This document shows positions 24,119-36,520 of a stretch of DNA of 64,000 bases, piece by piece (position 1 is the first letter of the stretch; every line of letters starts with the position of its first letter). The notes under the pieces are model-generated. The model saw only the letters and a list, made by a program, of their open reading frames with translations, was not told where the DNA came from and searched no databases. Origin of the DNA: Strigamia acuminata (taxonomy: Eukaryota); assembly GCA_949358305.1 (NCBI GenBank), contig OX442314.1:28830001-28894000 (forward strand). Direction: 5' to 3'. The position numbers and the translations under genes were made by a program.

Positions 24119-27100
24119 TCACTTCTTTTCTGGGGGACCCGACACTGAGTCCGTCACCTGGGCGTAACTCACTCCAGGGACAGGCGGTTGAGTGCCGGGT
24201 GGCGCGAGTAGATCGCCTACTAGCGCCGAGGACCGATCGCGGGGGTCCTCATGCTCCGTAATGAAGCATAATGCATGGCCGTCAACTGGCTCATGCGGGG
24301 CACGCGTCCTCTCGTGTAACCAAACGCTCGGGATGTAGGCGGAGAAGCCGGTGTTCGTATGCCGGATGGCATTGGCTTCCGCTGGCGTCACTGGTGCACG
24401 GTGGGCTCTCAGCAACCTCTGGTGGAAGATGAGGTCCTTAGTCTTCCGGATCTGGTTGTGAAGCCAGATGAAGACCGATTTGCCTTTATCCCGTTGTGCG
24501 AGGATAAACCTCCTGGTCGCCGTTGTCATCGAGAGATGGGGAAACTCTTCGATGATTCGCCCGTAATAGTCTGGTGGAGGCGGTGCCGGCTTCGGCTTCT
24601 GGGTGGCCGCGGGAATCACGGCTTGCGTCGTTGTCGCCGCTCGGGCCGGTGAGGTCCCGGGCGGTGTCGGCTTCGTTTGCTCGACGGACCTGACGGGTGG
24701 CGTTCGGCACAGTAAGCGCTTTGGCTTACCCGCCACTTCGAACAGGGCGGGTCCCTGCGGGGATATCTCCGCAGGCATCGGTGGCGGAATCGGAACTCCG
24801 CTCGTCGGCGAGATCACCATGTCTACATCCTCTGCCGATTCTTCCGTCTGGATGGTCAAGGCGCGCAGTTGTTGGGTAGGCGCCGCTGTCCAGGTGGCGG
24901 AGGTGTAACGAAACGCCGTGCTTCGCAACTTGTACCCTTCAAATTCTGGGTTTACCACATCCCTGGTTAGCTCGTAGCGAGTCAACACAGGGTCGGGCAG
25001 AATGGAGCTCCACTCTGCGAGGAGTGCACGGGGAACCTGTACACCCTCTCTGTCCACGACAGACCATGCGGCCATCGCCTGACGCCCTTCTCCGAAGAGT
25101 GCTGGGGTTAGCAGCTGCATCATGACCTTGGTCAATGATAGCTGTAGGCTGCGACGATTCACTGGATTCGATCGCTCCGAATCCGCAGTGAAGGCACACG
25201 AGAGCTTACTCATCATCGCCGTTGCCCATTCGATGAAATATCGCTGGGCTTGATCCACACCTCGCAAGGCGGGTGCGGAGACTCTTGGGTCTTCCATCAC
25301 GAAGCGAAACGCTGAGAGCTCGGAGATAGTCGGGTTGGCGGCTTCTCTCGCGAGTCGCGCTTCTTCGTCTCGCCTCTCGAAGAACAGGGCCGAGGAACCG
25401 GGTCGGGGTCGGCTCGGCCTGTAAATGTCGGTCAAATTGGCTCGACATTCCTGCATAATGCTCTGTCCAACGGGGAGAGGGACTGAGCGGTCGGTGGGTA
25501 AATCCGGCGGATCGCTCGAATTCAACAACGACGGTGGCGGCAGGTCCGGAGGCGGCTGCGTCTTGGTCGGCAGCGTTGGCGTCGGCAGCGGTGGTGTTGG
25601 CTGCGTCGGCGGTGGTGGCGTCTCCGTCGTCTGCACCCCAGTCATTGCGACTTGGGGCGCCGGGAGATGTTGTTCGGAGCTTGAGGGCTGCACGATGGCG
25701 GTTGGCATGCCATCGGGTCGTGGTCGCGAATTTATGTAGTCTGCGAGCCACCTTGCCACCTCGTGTGGGGTCACCATCCCGTCGGTGACAACACCCATCT
25801 TCCTGGCGTGTTTCATCGCGGGATCGAAACGTGTCAGTTTCGTCCGCTTCATCTGAGTCAGAATCTCGCGAAGGTCCCGCGTATCTGCCGCTGGGACGTT
25901 TCGCTCACCTGACTGGCTACCACTTCGTCGACCCGCTCTCTTGGAGATGTAGGCGGGTTCGGGGATGGGACGGCCCCGAGCTTCGCACCTCGCGAAGTAT
26001 CGCTCCTTGCGATCTTTTTTCCGCTGCTCGCGATGAGTCAGCGGACGTCTAGAAGTGCTGGGACGAGAGACTCGCTCTTCGTCACCAGACATCCAAACCT
26101 CCTTGCACTCCTTACCGTCTTTAATCTGACGGTTTACGAAAATTCGCGGTCGGGAATACTGCGAAGGGTCACGCACCGTACTAGTGGATGGCCCAGCTTC
26201 GTTGCCTTCAGTCGTGTTTGGAGTGACACGCTGCTTCTTGGTTGTCACCGGGGAACGCGACTGGCTGTTTCCGGCGCCTTTGGAGCGCTTGCGCTTCCGC
26301 GGGTAGCTGCTTTTGGGCCCCAAAATCCCCAGGTAGTGGAGCTGCCACATCTCGGCTTGGGACGTTAAAATTCCCATCCGAGGTCTCCACTGAGGCGTAC
26401 TCTCCCCCAATCGCAGCCTCTCAAACCACAGATGAATATCATCCGCGGTCATCCCCTCGTTTTGGAGGATGCGCTCGGCCACTGCCGCAGCGGTATCCAC
26501 CAGCTGTTGTCTATAATGCTGATAGATGGCCTCACGGGCCTCTTCTGTCTCGGCTGCTCGCCACGCATGCAGCACGTGTTCCTCCGCCGGGTTGCCAGTG
26601 TACTGACTTGACAATCCGGGGTGGAAAATTGGCGATTTCGGGTCATCGTCATGAGCTAACTCTGTGGCGATGCCTTCGCGCATTCCCTCCGGGAATGTGT
26701 CCAGGAGCGTGCAGTCTCGTACCCAACGTCGGGCGATGCATCGGGAATGTAGTATTCGCAGGCGCCAAGGGTCGGCGTCTTCGCCGAAACATCGTCGGTA
26801 AAAATCGGGCAGCGCGCCTCGAAATATCCCGCCACGAGTGATGCAAGCGGGGTCTAATGGTCCCCATGTTCTACGTAATGCCATCTGGAAGGGTGGAGAA
26901 ATAAACAATTAATAAAAAGTTAACATTAAATACGTAGATAAATGGTTGGTTTCGAGGGACGTTGCCGATACGTGCAGCCGTCCGTCGAGACCGATTCCTG
27001 TCTATCGGTGCAAACGTAGGACGAATTGTCCCTCGTCGGATAGAAAAAGAGAAGTCATCACGTAAAAAATCTGTCTCATGTCCAAAACGCACAGCGAGAC

Positions 27101-27817
27101 GGAATCGAGCCTTTAATCTGGATTCTTATCATCAGATTTTACTTCAAATTAATTCTAACATTAATTAGAACATTACTAATAATTAAATTAATAATTAACA
27201 GTCATTCGTAAAAAGAATTCGTCGGGTGTAAATTATTACTAAAATTGCACAATAAATGTGCTTGTCGAAATTTTATTAAATAAATAAACCTAATAAAGAA
27301 TTATTCCGAAGTCGGACTTTGTCTAAATTTTTAAAAAGAAGTTAAAGTCAAATTAAATTTATCCAACACACCGAAAAATTCATCGTACGAATGTTAAGTT
27401 GCATCAATTCGATCCGTCAAATTACTTGTGGAGAAAAATATTCTTTTACAGAATATTCTCCCCTTGTCATAAACTTTTTATGGCTCGAGCCCATTGTCTC
27501 GCTCGTGACTCATGTCATGAGGAATTTTCGAGACGCGAGGCGACGTGAAGTCTACGATCGCATCCCGAAAACAAATTAACAAGAAAAAAATACGATCGTG
27601 TGAGCGATCGCGGTTAATAATCAATTATTCGCTATTTCGAGTGCAAAGCACTCATGTCAGGTATTAGTCAAACAAAATTTCTTCTTCAGCAGCACGGAAC
27701 TAATTCTCATGTGCCGATGCCGACTTCTACCTGATCGGGTGGGACTTGGTTTACATCGTGGTCCCAATTCTCGTCCTCGTGCTCGATGGCCAGCACGTCC
27801 TTCTCTTCCTCGTCCAT
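24119..27817 (-). CDS. Accessory protein of the Gypsy element, unknown function; predicted exons 27817-27731 and 26884-24119 (~950 aa)
   Basis: A 2.77-kb open GC-rich frame ends 25 bp before the PPT. A pyrimidine tract plus CAG lies immediately before its ATG (26884). An upstream GCCATGG-initiated 29-codon exon ends CAG|GTAGAA in phase 0. Confidence 0.75.
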
Positions 27818-28305
27818 GGCGAGGAGCGCGCACAAGAAGCTCAATCACGATTGAAAAAAGGATGATAAAACTATCTCAAAAACTCGGTAAAAACTCGGTA
27901 AAAATGTTAAAAACGAGGATCACGCACGAATGCAGCAATCAGCTGTGAAAAGCGGAAGTCCGTGTGAACACGAGGTAATCGCGATGGATTCTGGGTAATA
28001 TACTCCAGAACCCGGGTGTTTGAGACTAGTGCGCACCTACCCGTGCGCATGTTACGCTACGGGTCTCCTTTGTTTTCACTCCCGTGCGCGATTGCTGCTA
28101 CGGGGTCTTTTGCACGCGGTATCCGACCCGTGCCGATAATTTTGCTACGGGTCCCGCGCTTCCACGCCATCTTGTGACGCGAATTCGACCGATATCCGCT
28201 TTGTTGGACTTAGCGAAATTTTGTAGAGTCTCGGATTTTGATGGCTAGCGCTGCCGATCGGTCATTTTTTTGTTTTTCAGCGTCGCCATCGACTCGTAAC
28301 GTTTT

Positions 28306-29177
28306 CTACTCTTTTCCTACGACCTTTCCATCTTTTATAAATGGATTACTTCTACGAGGCCGCAGGTGATGAGTCGAGACAGGTACGACGTTTTTTGTTG
28401 TTTTTTTTGTCTGTACCTCCTCATTATTGCTTTCTTTTTTATCCGTGTTTTTTGTGTTTGTTTCAGGAGTTTCTCCTGTTTCCCCCCCGACCAAAATTGG
28501 ATCCGGAACGGATTCAACTATCTCGTTTACCGGAGGTGAAGGGGCGTCGAAATACTCCTCGTTGTCACTTGGCGGTGCTTTTTCCGACTCGCCAGCGAAC
28601 ATATCGACGATTTGGCCGTCAGTTTTAGACTTGACTTGGCCCTTGGCCCACATTTCTTGCGGGAATTCCGGAATGTACGGAGTTAACTCTCGTACTTGTA
28701 TCGACTTATGCTCGGTATTGTCTTCGAGCTTACGTAATTTATACGCGTTACCGCCATGCTTGCCGATGATCACATACGGACCGTCTCTCTTGTCGGCCAA
28801 GCTGGCGGTGATTCCTCTCGCTGCATTTGAGAGGGTGTGTGCATCTTTCCACACCAAATCATTGATCTCGAAATTCACGAATTTTCCACCGCTTTTATCT
28901 TGTAAAATGCGGTCGCGCATGTTAAAAATGTGCGCCATCATATGCTTGTATGTGTTCGAAATTGTTTGCTCCAATTTATACAAATACTCATGTGGTTTCT
29001 CTGGGTCCACCACATTTACCGACTCTGCCACTCGTGGGTCCCAAGGCACTCGTAGCTCTCGGGCGAAGTTGAGGTAGGCCGGAGAAAAATCTCTCGTCCT
29101 CGAGACTGTTGTTCGTATGCTGAACGCGATCTCCCTCAAGTATTCATCCCACCTATTGTGGATGTCAGTGAATATAC
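28306..29177 (-). CDS. pol: Gypsy pol C-terminus (end of integrase core, GPY/F module, acidic/basic tail), interrupted by an insertion
   Basis: RWDEYLREIAFSIRTTVSRTRDFSPAYLNFARELRVP and FEINDLVW...LADKRDGPYVIIGKHGGNAYKL are typical Ty3/Gypsy integrase C-terminal motifs. Confidence 0.9.
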
Positions 29178-29181
29178 TTAA

Positions 29182-29634
29182 CCTTATGGCGCGCATGCGG
29201 ATTTCTCGGAGTGCGAAAGGGACCCTATTTTTAACATTACGGCGGCCTATACCTTGACCCCCTGTTCGCAGTCTCATGGCTGATTTTGCGGATTTCACTT
29301 ATTTGTATATTCCGCACGATCGCGCGCGTTTTATCAACCTTGGGAAAGCCGCTTTCTCAAATTTGCAAATTCCACATTGTGTGAACATGCTACAACGCTT
29401 CTGTGCGCGTCAATAAAAAAAAAAACCGATTAGAAATGAAATTCAGGGTTTTGTTAAAATAAAAATTATACAATATAATCAGTCTATAATGCTTCTATAA
29501 TGCTGTTGGTTTAATCAGCACATTGTAATCGTGTGAAAACACGCGCGCTCGCAATAATACATTACCCAATGTACTTGCACTGGCATGGACCCATCAGTGC
29601 GCACTTTCCCGTGCGTGCTGCTTGCACTATTTAC
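29182..29634 (+). repeat. 453-bp copy of the left end of the large tandem element
   Basis: Matches 29635-30087. It starts after TTAA and ends at TTAC. Confidence 0.95.
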
Positions 29635-30629
29635 CCTTATGGCGCGCATGCGGATTTCTCGGAGTGCGAAAGGGACCCTATTTTTAACATTACGGCGGCC
29701 TATACCTTGACCCCCTGTTCGCAGTCTCATGGCTGATTTTGCGGATTTCACTTATTTGTATATTCCGCACGATCGCGCGCGTTTTATCAACCTTGGGAAA
29801 GCCGCTTTCTCAAATTTGCAAATTCCACATTGTGTGAACATGCTACAACGCTTCTGTGCGCGTCAATAAAAAAAAAAACCGATTAGAAATGAAATTCAGG
29901 GTTTTGTTAAAATAAAAATTATACAATATAATCAGTCTATAATGCTTCTATAATGCTGTTGGTTTAATCAGCACATTGTAATCGTGTGAAAACACGCGCG
30001 CTCGCAATAATACATTACCCAATGTACTTGCACTGGCATGGACCCATCAGTGCGCACTTTCCCGTGCGTGCTGCTTGCACTATTTACATCAATTGTTGCT
30101 CCACAGGTTGCGCGACCTGCCGGGCAGTTAAGACGTACTAGAATAACCTCAGGATTTGATAAAACCTGATTTTTGGATGACACTAAGTAAATGGCAGTGA
30201 ATGTGAGATGTGAGATACACGATGAATTTAATAAAATTTATATTTCCTAATCATGGGATTGGTTTCACGTTTCATAATCCAACAATTAAGTAGAATATCA
30301 TTATTGCAATTGATTAAAACAAATTTTTTTTACAAATTCTTTGGTTTTACATTTTAAATTTATTTTCCAATAGTTGGCACCATCGCAATTGCTGCGAGTT
30401 TAAAACACTGCATTCAGCAGAATTTACTGCACTTTCAAATCAAGGCCAGGCATACCTACTGCAAAGTAATGTATAAACCATAAAGAAGCCTTTGATTCGG
30501 AATTGCCTGTAGGTAATTCTGCGCTGGTCTCCAATGGAAATGTCCGCGCCGGTCTTCCGTGCACGGGAAGTCCACAGAAAGTCCGTGCATTCCGTGCGCT
30601 GGGAGTCCGTGCGTCGTACCGCGTGATCT

Positions 30630-33600
30630 TGCATTGTTTTTTGTGGGCTTTTCCTGATTAGGATTACTTCCTTTTTAACTCTTGAAGAATTAAGTTTGTT
30701 TTTTTTGCTCCAAAACGTCCCAAAACGCCTGAAAATCGCGCAACTCGAGGCAAAACATTACAGTGTGTATTCAAATCAAAACTAGCTACAAATACATGCT
30801 GAAATTAGCTAAATTTTCAAATTTTTTGGCTTTCAAGAAGTAATGGAAACATTTGACATAACGTGGATCAGTTGCATTCAAAAACTAAAATATTTTGTGT
30901 TTTACTTCAATTTTAAACTAAAAATGATGTCATTTTCTGTTTAAACCCCTGTTAAAGCTTGAAATACATTTTAACTAAAAGAAATAAGTTTGTTTTTTTC
31001 TTCGGCAGTGACGTGTACACACGAGCACGCCTGAGAACGCCAAAAAATGCTAAAAAACGCTCAAAAACGCCTGAAAATCGCGCAACTCGAGGCAAAACAT
31101 TAATTTTTCATCTTTATTTCAACTTTTGTGACGTTTAAAATTGTGTTCTCATGTTTTTTGCCTCAAGTTGCATTGTCATCTGGCGTTTTGGAGTGTTTTT
31201 ATGTGTTCGCAGGCGTTCGCAGGCGTTTTTTGGCGTTGTCACTCACTCAAGTGGCCATTTTTAGCATTTTCCGTAGTAAAAATGGCCGTTTTTCGTCAAA
31301 ATGGCCATTTTTAGCCATTTTTCAGAGTAAAAATGTTTTTTTTTCACCGTTTTTATAGTAAAATGGCCATTTTTAGTCGTTTTTTTAATCAAAAATGGCC
31401 GTTTTTATCGTTGAAACGTTATTAAAATGTAACGTTTCAATGGCGTTTTGATCTCGCCTCATTTCCGGTTTTGAAAATTAATAAACGCCCCGGCGTTTAT
31501 TCGAGGCAATACCCAACTTGGGCTTTTATTCGCGTCGCACCGCATCATCATCTCACCTTGCCTCCCGTCTTGAAAATTTATAAACGCCCCGGCGTTTATT
31601 CAAGGCAAACCATTGTTTATGTAAGTTTTTCCTGATTAGGGTTACTTCCTTTAGAAGAAACACGTTTATTTCTTCTCGTTTAATCTTGAGTCGTGATCTC
31701 GCCTCGTTTCTGGTCTTAAAAATTAATAAACACCCCGGCTTTTATTCAAGGCAATACGGTACGTTTATGAAACCCAACTTGGGCTTTCATTTTAAAAAAA
31801 GCGCGTGTTCTTACGTCGAACTAAGAGATACAGGTGAATTAGCAACGCCTAATTTGATTTAATAAATAAAGCAAACAACATCTCGCCTCACTTCTGGCGT
31901 TTGTTCGAGGCAAGCCATTGTTTTTGCATTTTTTTTCCTGATTAGGGTTACTTCCTTTTTAACTCTTGAAGAAATAAGTATGTTTTTTTTACTCGGCAGT
32001 GACGTGTACGCGCGAGTACGCCTGAGAACGCCAAAAAATACTCCAAAACGCCTGAAAATCGTGCAACTCGAGGCAAAACATTAATTGTTTATTTTTGTTT
32101 CAACTTTTGTAACGTTTACAATTGTGTTCTCATGTTTTTTGCCTCAAGTTGCATTGTCATTTTGCGTTTTGGGGCGTTTTTAGGCATTTTTAGGCATTTG
32201 CGGGCGTTCTTGGGCGTTTTTTGGCGTTGTCATTCAATCAAATGGCCATTTTTAGCCATTTTTAGCCATTTTTCATAGAAAAATGGTCATTTTTAGCCGT
32301 TTTTCATCCAAAATGGCCGTTTTTCATCCAAAAGGGCCGTTTTTCATCCAAAATGGAATAATTGTTGTGTCCGGATTTTATGTCATTTATTGTCTTAATT
32401 AAAGTTAACAAAGTGTCTTTAATTTTTGCTTTTCTTGAATTTCAGCTTTTTAGATATTTTTACATATTAAACTTTCATTTTTTGTGATTTATTAAAAGTT
32501 ACAGTGTTTTCATGAATTTTAGTGTCTATGATATTGATATTATCTTTATTCATTGCTATTTAAAGTTTTATTACTTCTCTGTGTCTTATTTCTTTAATTC
32601 TTGCTCATTTTGTGTGATTTTGGATGATTTTTAGTGCATTCGTCGATTTACAGATCACTTGCGTAAGACGCGTGACGTCATATTTCTTAATCTAGTTCGG
32701 TTGTGTTCAAACTTCTAACCTTTTGTTTGGACCTTATTCTTGTGTTATGGATAGGTTTTAGAATTGATTTAGACTAATTTGGGGGTGATCTGTCGATTGG
32801 TTTGCTTTATTTTTGTCCCGGAACGGTCGTTTTGTCGTTTCGAGCGTTCGTTGTCGGTACGCACTTGTGCGCTGCTGACCGAGTTCATTCCGTTCGGCAA
32901 ACGATTATTTTCAAGTGTTCTTTTAATAAATAGTGCTTTTGTTGTAGGAAATTACATTTCCTAATGTTATTTTATTCAATACAGTGTGTATTCTTGATTT
33001 TATTCTTGTGTTGAAATTCAAATGTCGTGTTTTGCCGCTCTAGCGGATTTGAAGTGGGCGCCATGCTGGATTTCCCCGCTAATTTCTTTATTTATCCATT
33101 TCATTTGTCTTTTTGAAAATGAATAAACGCCCCGGCGTTTATGCGAGGCAAGCCATAGTTTTTGTAGGTTCTTTCCTGATTAGGGTTACTTGTGACGTGC
33201 ACGCGCGAGCTCGCCCGAGGACGCCAAAAAAAGCTCAAAAACGCCCCAAAACGCCTGAAAATCGCGCAACTCGAAGCAAAAAATTACAGTTTGAATTCAA
33301 ATCAAAACTAACCACAAATACATGCTACAATTAGGTAAATTTTCAAATTTTTTATCAATAAATGATGACTTTCAAGAAGTATGACAACATTTGACAAAAT
33401 TTAGACCAGTTGCATTTAAAAACTAAAATATTTTGTGTTTTACTTCAATTTTAAACCAAAAATGACGTCATTTTTTGTTTAAACCGGCGTTTATTTGAGG
33501 CAAACACGCCGCTGAGAACGCCAAAAAATGCTCAAAAACACTCCAAAAGGCCTGAAAATCGCGCAACTTGAGGCAAAAAATTAATTTTTCATCTTTGTTT

Positions 33601-34850
33601 CAACTTTTGTGACGTTTAAAATTGTGTTTTCAAGTTTTATGCCTCAAGTTGCATTGTCATCTGGCGTTTTGGGGCGTTTTGGGGCGTTCGCAGGCGTTTG
33701 CACGCGTTTTTTGGCGTTGTCACTCACTCAAGTGGCCATTTTTAGCCAATTTTCGAAGTAAAAATGGCCTTTTTTTATTAAAATGGCCATTTTCAGCCAT
33801 TTGTCATAGTAAAAATGGCCATTTTCAGCCATTTTTTATAGTAAAAGTGGCCATTTTTCATCCAAAATGGCCGTTTTTCATCCAAAATGACCATTTTTAT
33901 CATTGACACGCTATAAAAATGTAACGTTTCAATGGCGTTTTGACGAAACCGGTAAGTTTTGAAATTTCCCGTGTCCCGTTATTGTGACTCCTCGTCCGGT
34001 TTCTCAGAACCGAAACCCTAATACAGGTGAATTAGTGACGCCTAATTTGTTTCAACAAATAAAGCAAACAACATCTCGCCTCACTTCCAGTCTTGAAAAT
34101 TAGTAAACGCCCCGGCGTTTATTCGAGGCAAGCCGTTGTTTTTACAGTAATTTCCTGGTTAGGGTTATTTTTTTTTTAACTCTTGAAGAAATAAGTTTGT
34201 TTTTTTCTCGCCTGCACGCGCGAGCTCGCATGAGAATGCTAAAAAATAAGCAAAAACGTTCTAAAACGCCCCAAAACGCTTCAAAATGCTCCAAAAAGCC
34301 TGAAAATCGTGCCACTCAAAGCAAAAAATTATGTTTGCATGTTTTTTGCCTCAAGTTGCACGGTTATCTGGCGTTTTGGTGCGTTCTTGGGGCGTTTTGG
34401 TGCGTTCTTGGGGCGTTTTCGGGCGTTTTTTTGGCGTTGTCACTCACTCCCGCACTTTGCTGTCTTGTTTATTACAATTTGGTTTAGCTGTTGTATTTAT
34501 TTTTATTTGTTTTATGGTTATTTAATGTGTTTTTGTAGCATTCAAAATGTTTTGTTGCCTAATTTCTCGTTTTGGCGCCAACTGTTTGTTTGACAACGCC
34601 GTGTCAGAATTTAGGGATGATTCTGCTTTGGTTTCTAATTAAAAAAAAAATGTTGTTTTAATTTCAATTGTAACTGCTTATTATAACGTTATTATTAGTA
34701 TTTTGTAAAGGTTCATTTTTTTTCCATGTTAATAAAAAATGAAGTAACTTTCGGTGAAAAAAAAAACAGTTAAATGCGGATCAAAATTAAACACACACGA
34801 GAAGTTTAATAAACGTCCCGGCGTTTATTCGAGGCAATACGGTACATTTG
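30630..34850 (+). repeat. Degenerate internal repeats, including several pogo/Tc1-type MITE-end motifs
   Basis: Recurring blocks (CTGAAAATCGCGCAACTCGAGGCAAAA, TTCCTGATTAGGGTTACTT, AAAATGGCCATTTTT) and about six copies of ATAAACGCCCCGGCGTTTATTCGAGGCAA(TACGGTA). Also present in units 2 and 3. Confidence 0.75.
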
Positions 34851-36128
34851 TGAAACCCAACTTGGAACCCGAAAATAACGTGGGGCCGTCTGAACACCTG
34901 GATTTGAATTTTCGTCTACGCGCGCGCCGACGCATGGGGAATGCGGGGTGGGGTTCCTTCCCAGTGTTCCGAACGAGTCAATTTCACCCCGAAAATATCC
35001 CGAAATTGCTGATACATGCATTTCGAGCCAGAAATATTGATCTTCATGTAAATTTTGATTGTTTAGCTTTTTTTTGAAATTTTACAAATTTTTCTCATCT
35101 CCTGCCTTCCTCGCTCATTTAACACCAAAATGGCCTGCATTGAGGATTTTTCCCATAATCCTTTTCACACGTATGGAGCGCAAACAGTCGCAATAAATGA
35201 AATCAGCGGAATTCGGCCTTGAGTTTGCGACGCCATCTTGAATACGAGTAACAGCACAGTATGGTGTCAATTATTCGAACTGATCGTAAGGCATGGGACA
35301 AAAATTGATTAAAAACGAACAAACATGATTAAAAATCAACAAAAATCGACTGAAATCGGACAATAATCAATTCAGAATGACAAATAACGATTAAAATTGG
35401 CAAAAATTGTCACAAATAGAGAAAAACCGATTAAAAATCAGCAAGAAACCAATAGAAATTGATAAAATCAAATAAAAATTAACAAATATCCATTTTGTTT
35501 GCTTTTAAACAAATTAAGAACTTTGAAAACACACGACAATTTTAAACAGTAAACACCGGGGTCAAATAAGCGCCGCTACTCGTTTAAACACCGGGGAGGT
35601 GTTAGTGAAGTGCCTCGAGTGGAGAAATTAATAAACGCTCGAGGCACCACGGTAGGCTTATTAAACACAAAATATGAAACGCTCGATCTTCAACAGGCGC
35701 ACACGCCCGAGAACACCTCGGCATGCCTCAGCACTCTCCAAGAAACGAGAAAAACCAAGGCAAAAAAAAAAAAATACACCAAAATTAGGACTAAAATCAA
35801 ACACACATGGGGCCCGGAAGATTGATAACATCCCGGCATATATTCAAGGCAGTACGCCATGTTTTTTCCACCATTTTGTAAGTTTATTTCAATATTCATA
35901 AAGTTTATTGCTTTTTGTATCATTAGTAGTATTCCCTTGTGTGATGTGGTTTTATAAATATCACACACAACTGCTTCTGCTGTTTTCTTCACGTTTATGC
36001 TTCGTGTATGCACGTGAAGCCCTCGCACATCTTTTGAGCACCTGTACACATTTGGACACGCTCAAGGTGCTACATCGCGCGCTCAAACGCACTAGATCGC
36101 GCGCGCAAACGCGCTACATCACGCATAT

Positions 36129-36520
36129 TAGGGATAAGAACGGACCGGGATAGGGACTGGACTGGTAATGTTTGCCCTATGCGGATACGGGACGGGACGG
36201 GATTACAGTTGCTAAATTCGTACTGCGAGGCGGAGACAATTTTCTAATTCCAGTTGTTATTTATCACTATTAAGCCTAATATTGAGCCTGATAATGCTAA
36301 AATAAAGTAAATAAACAACAACAACAAACTCATTATTAAAAGTAAATTACACTGTATGACCAAAATATTGTTGTTTCTTTACTTTATTTTAGCATTATTA
36401 GGCCTAATATTAGGCTTAATACTGATTTATTTCAATTATGCAATCATACGCGCGTATTACGCTAACGTAATGGACCCGGGACGGGTCGGGACCCGAAAAT
36501 TGGTCCCGTTCTCATCCCTA
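36129..36520. mobile_element. hAT-type MITE (392 bp) inside unit 1
   Basis: TIRs TAGGGATAAGAACGG / CCGTTCTCATCCCTA, 8-bp TSD ACGCATAT, CGGGA subterminal repeats. Confidence 0.9.

Noticed and set aside
24119..26908. env gene
   Set aside because: No evident signal peptide, hydrophobic fusion peptide or transmembrane anchor.
29178..29298. N-terminus MKSAKSAMRL... of the 330-aa ORF
   Set aside because: Chance read-through from the inserted element into the integrase frame; the same peptide recurs at each unit start.
29182..30087. KolobokP-type long terminal direct repeats
   Set aside because: The two 453-bp copies are adjacent, lack their own TIRs, and the first ends in TTAC.
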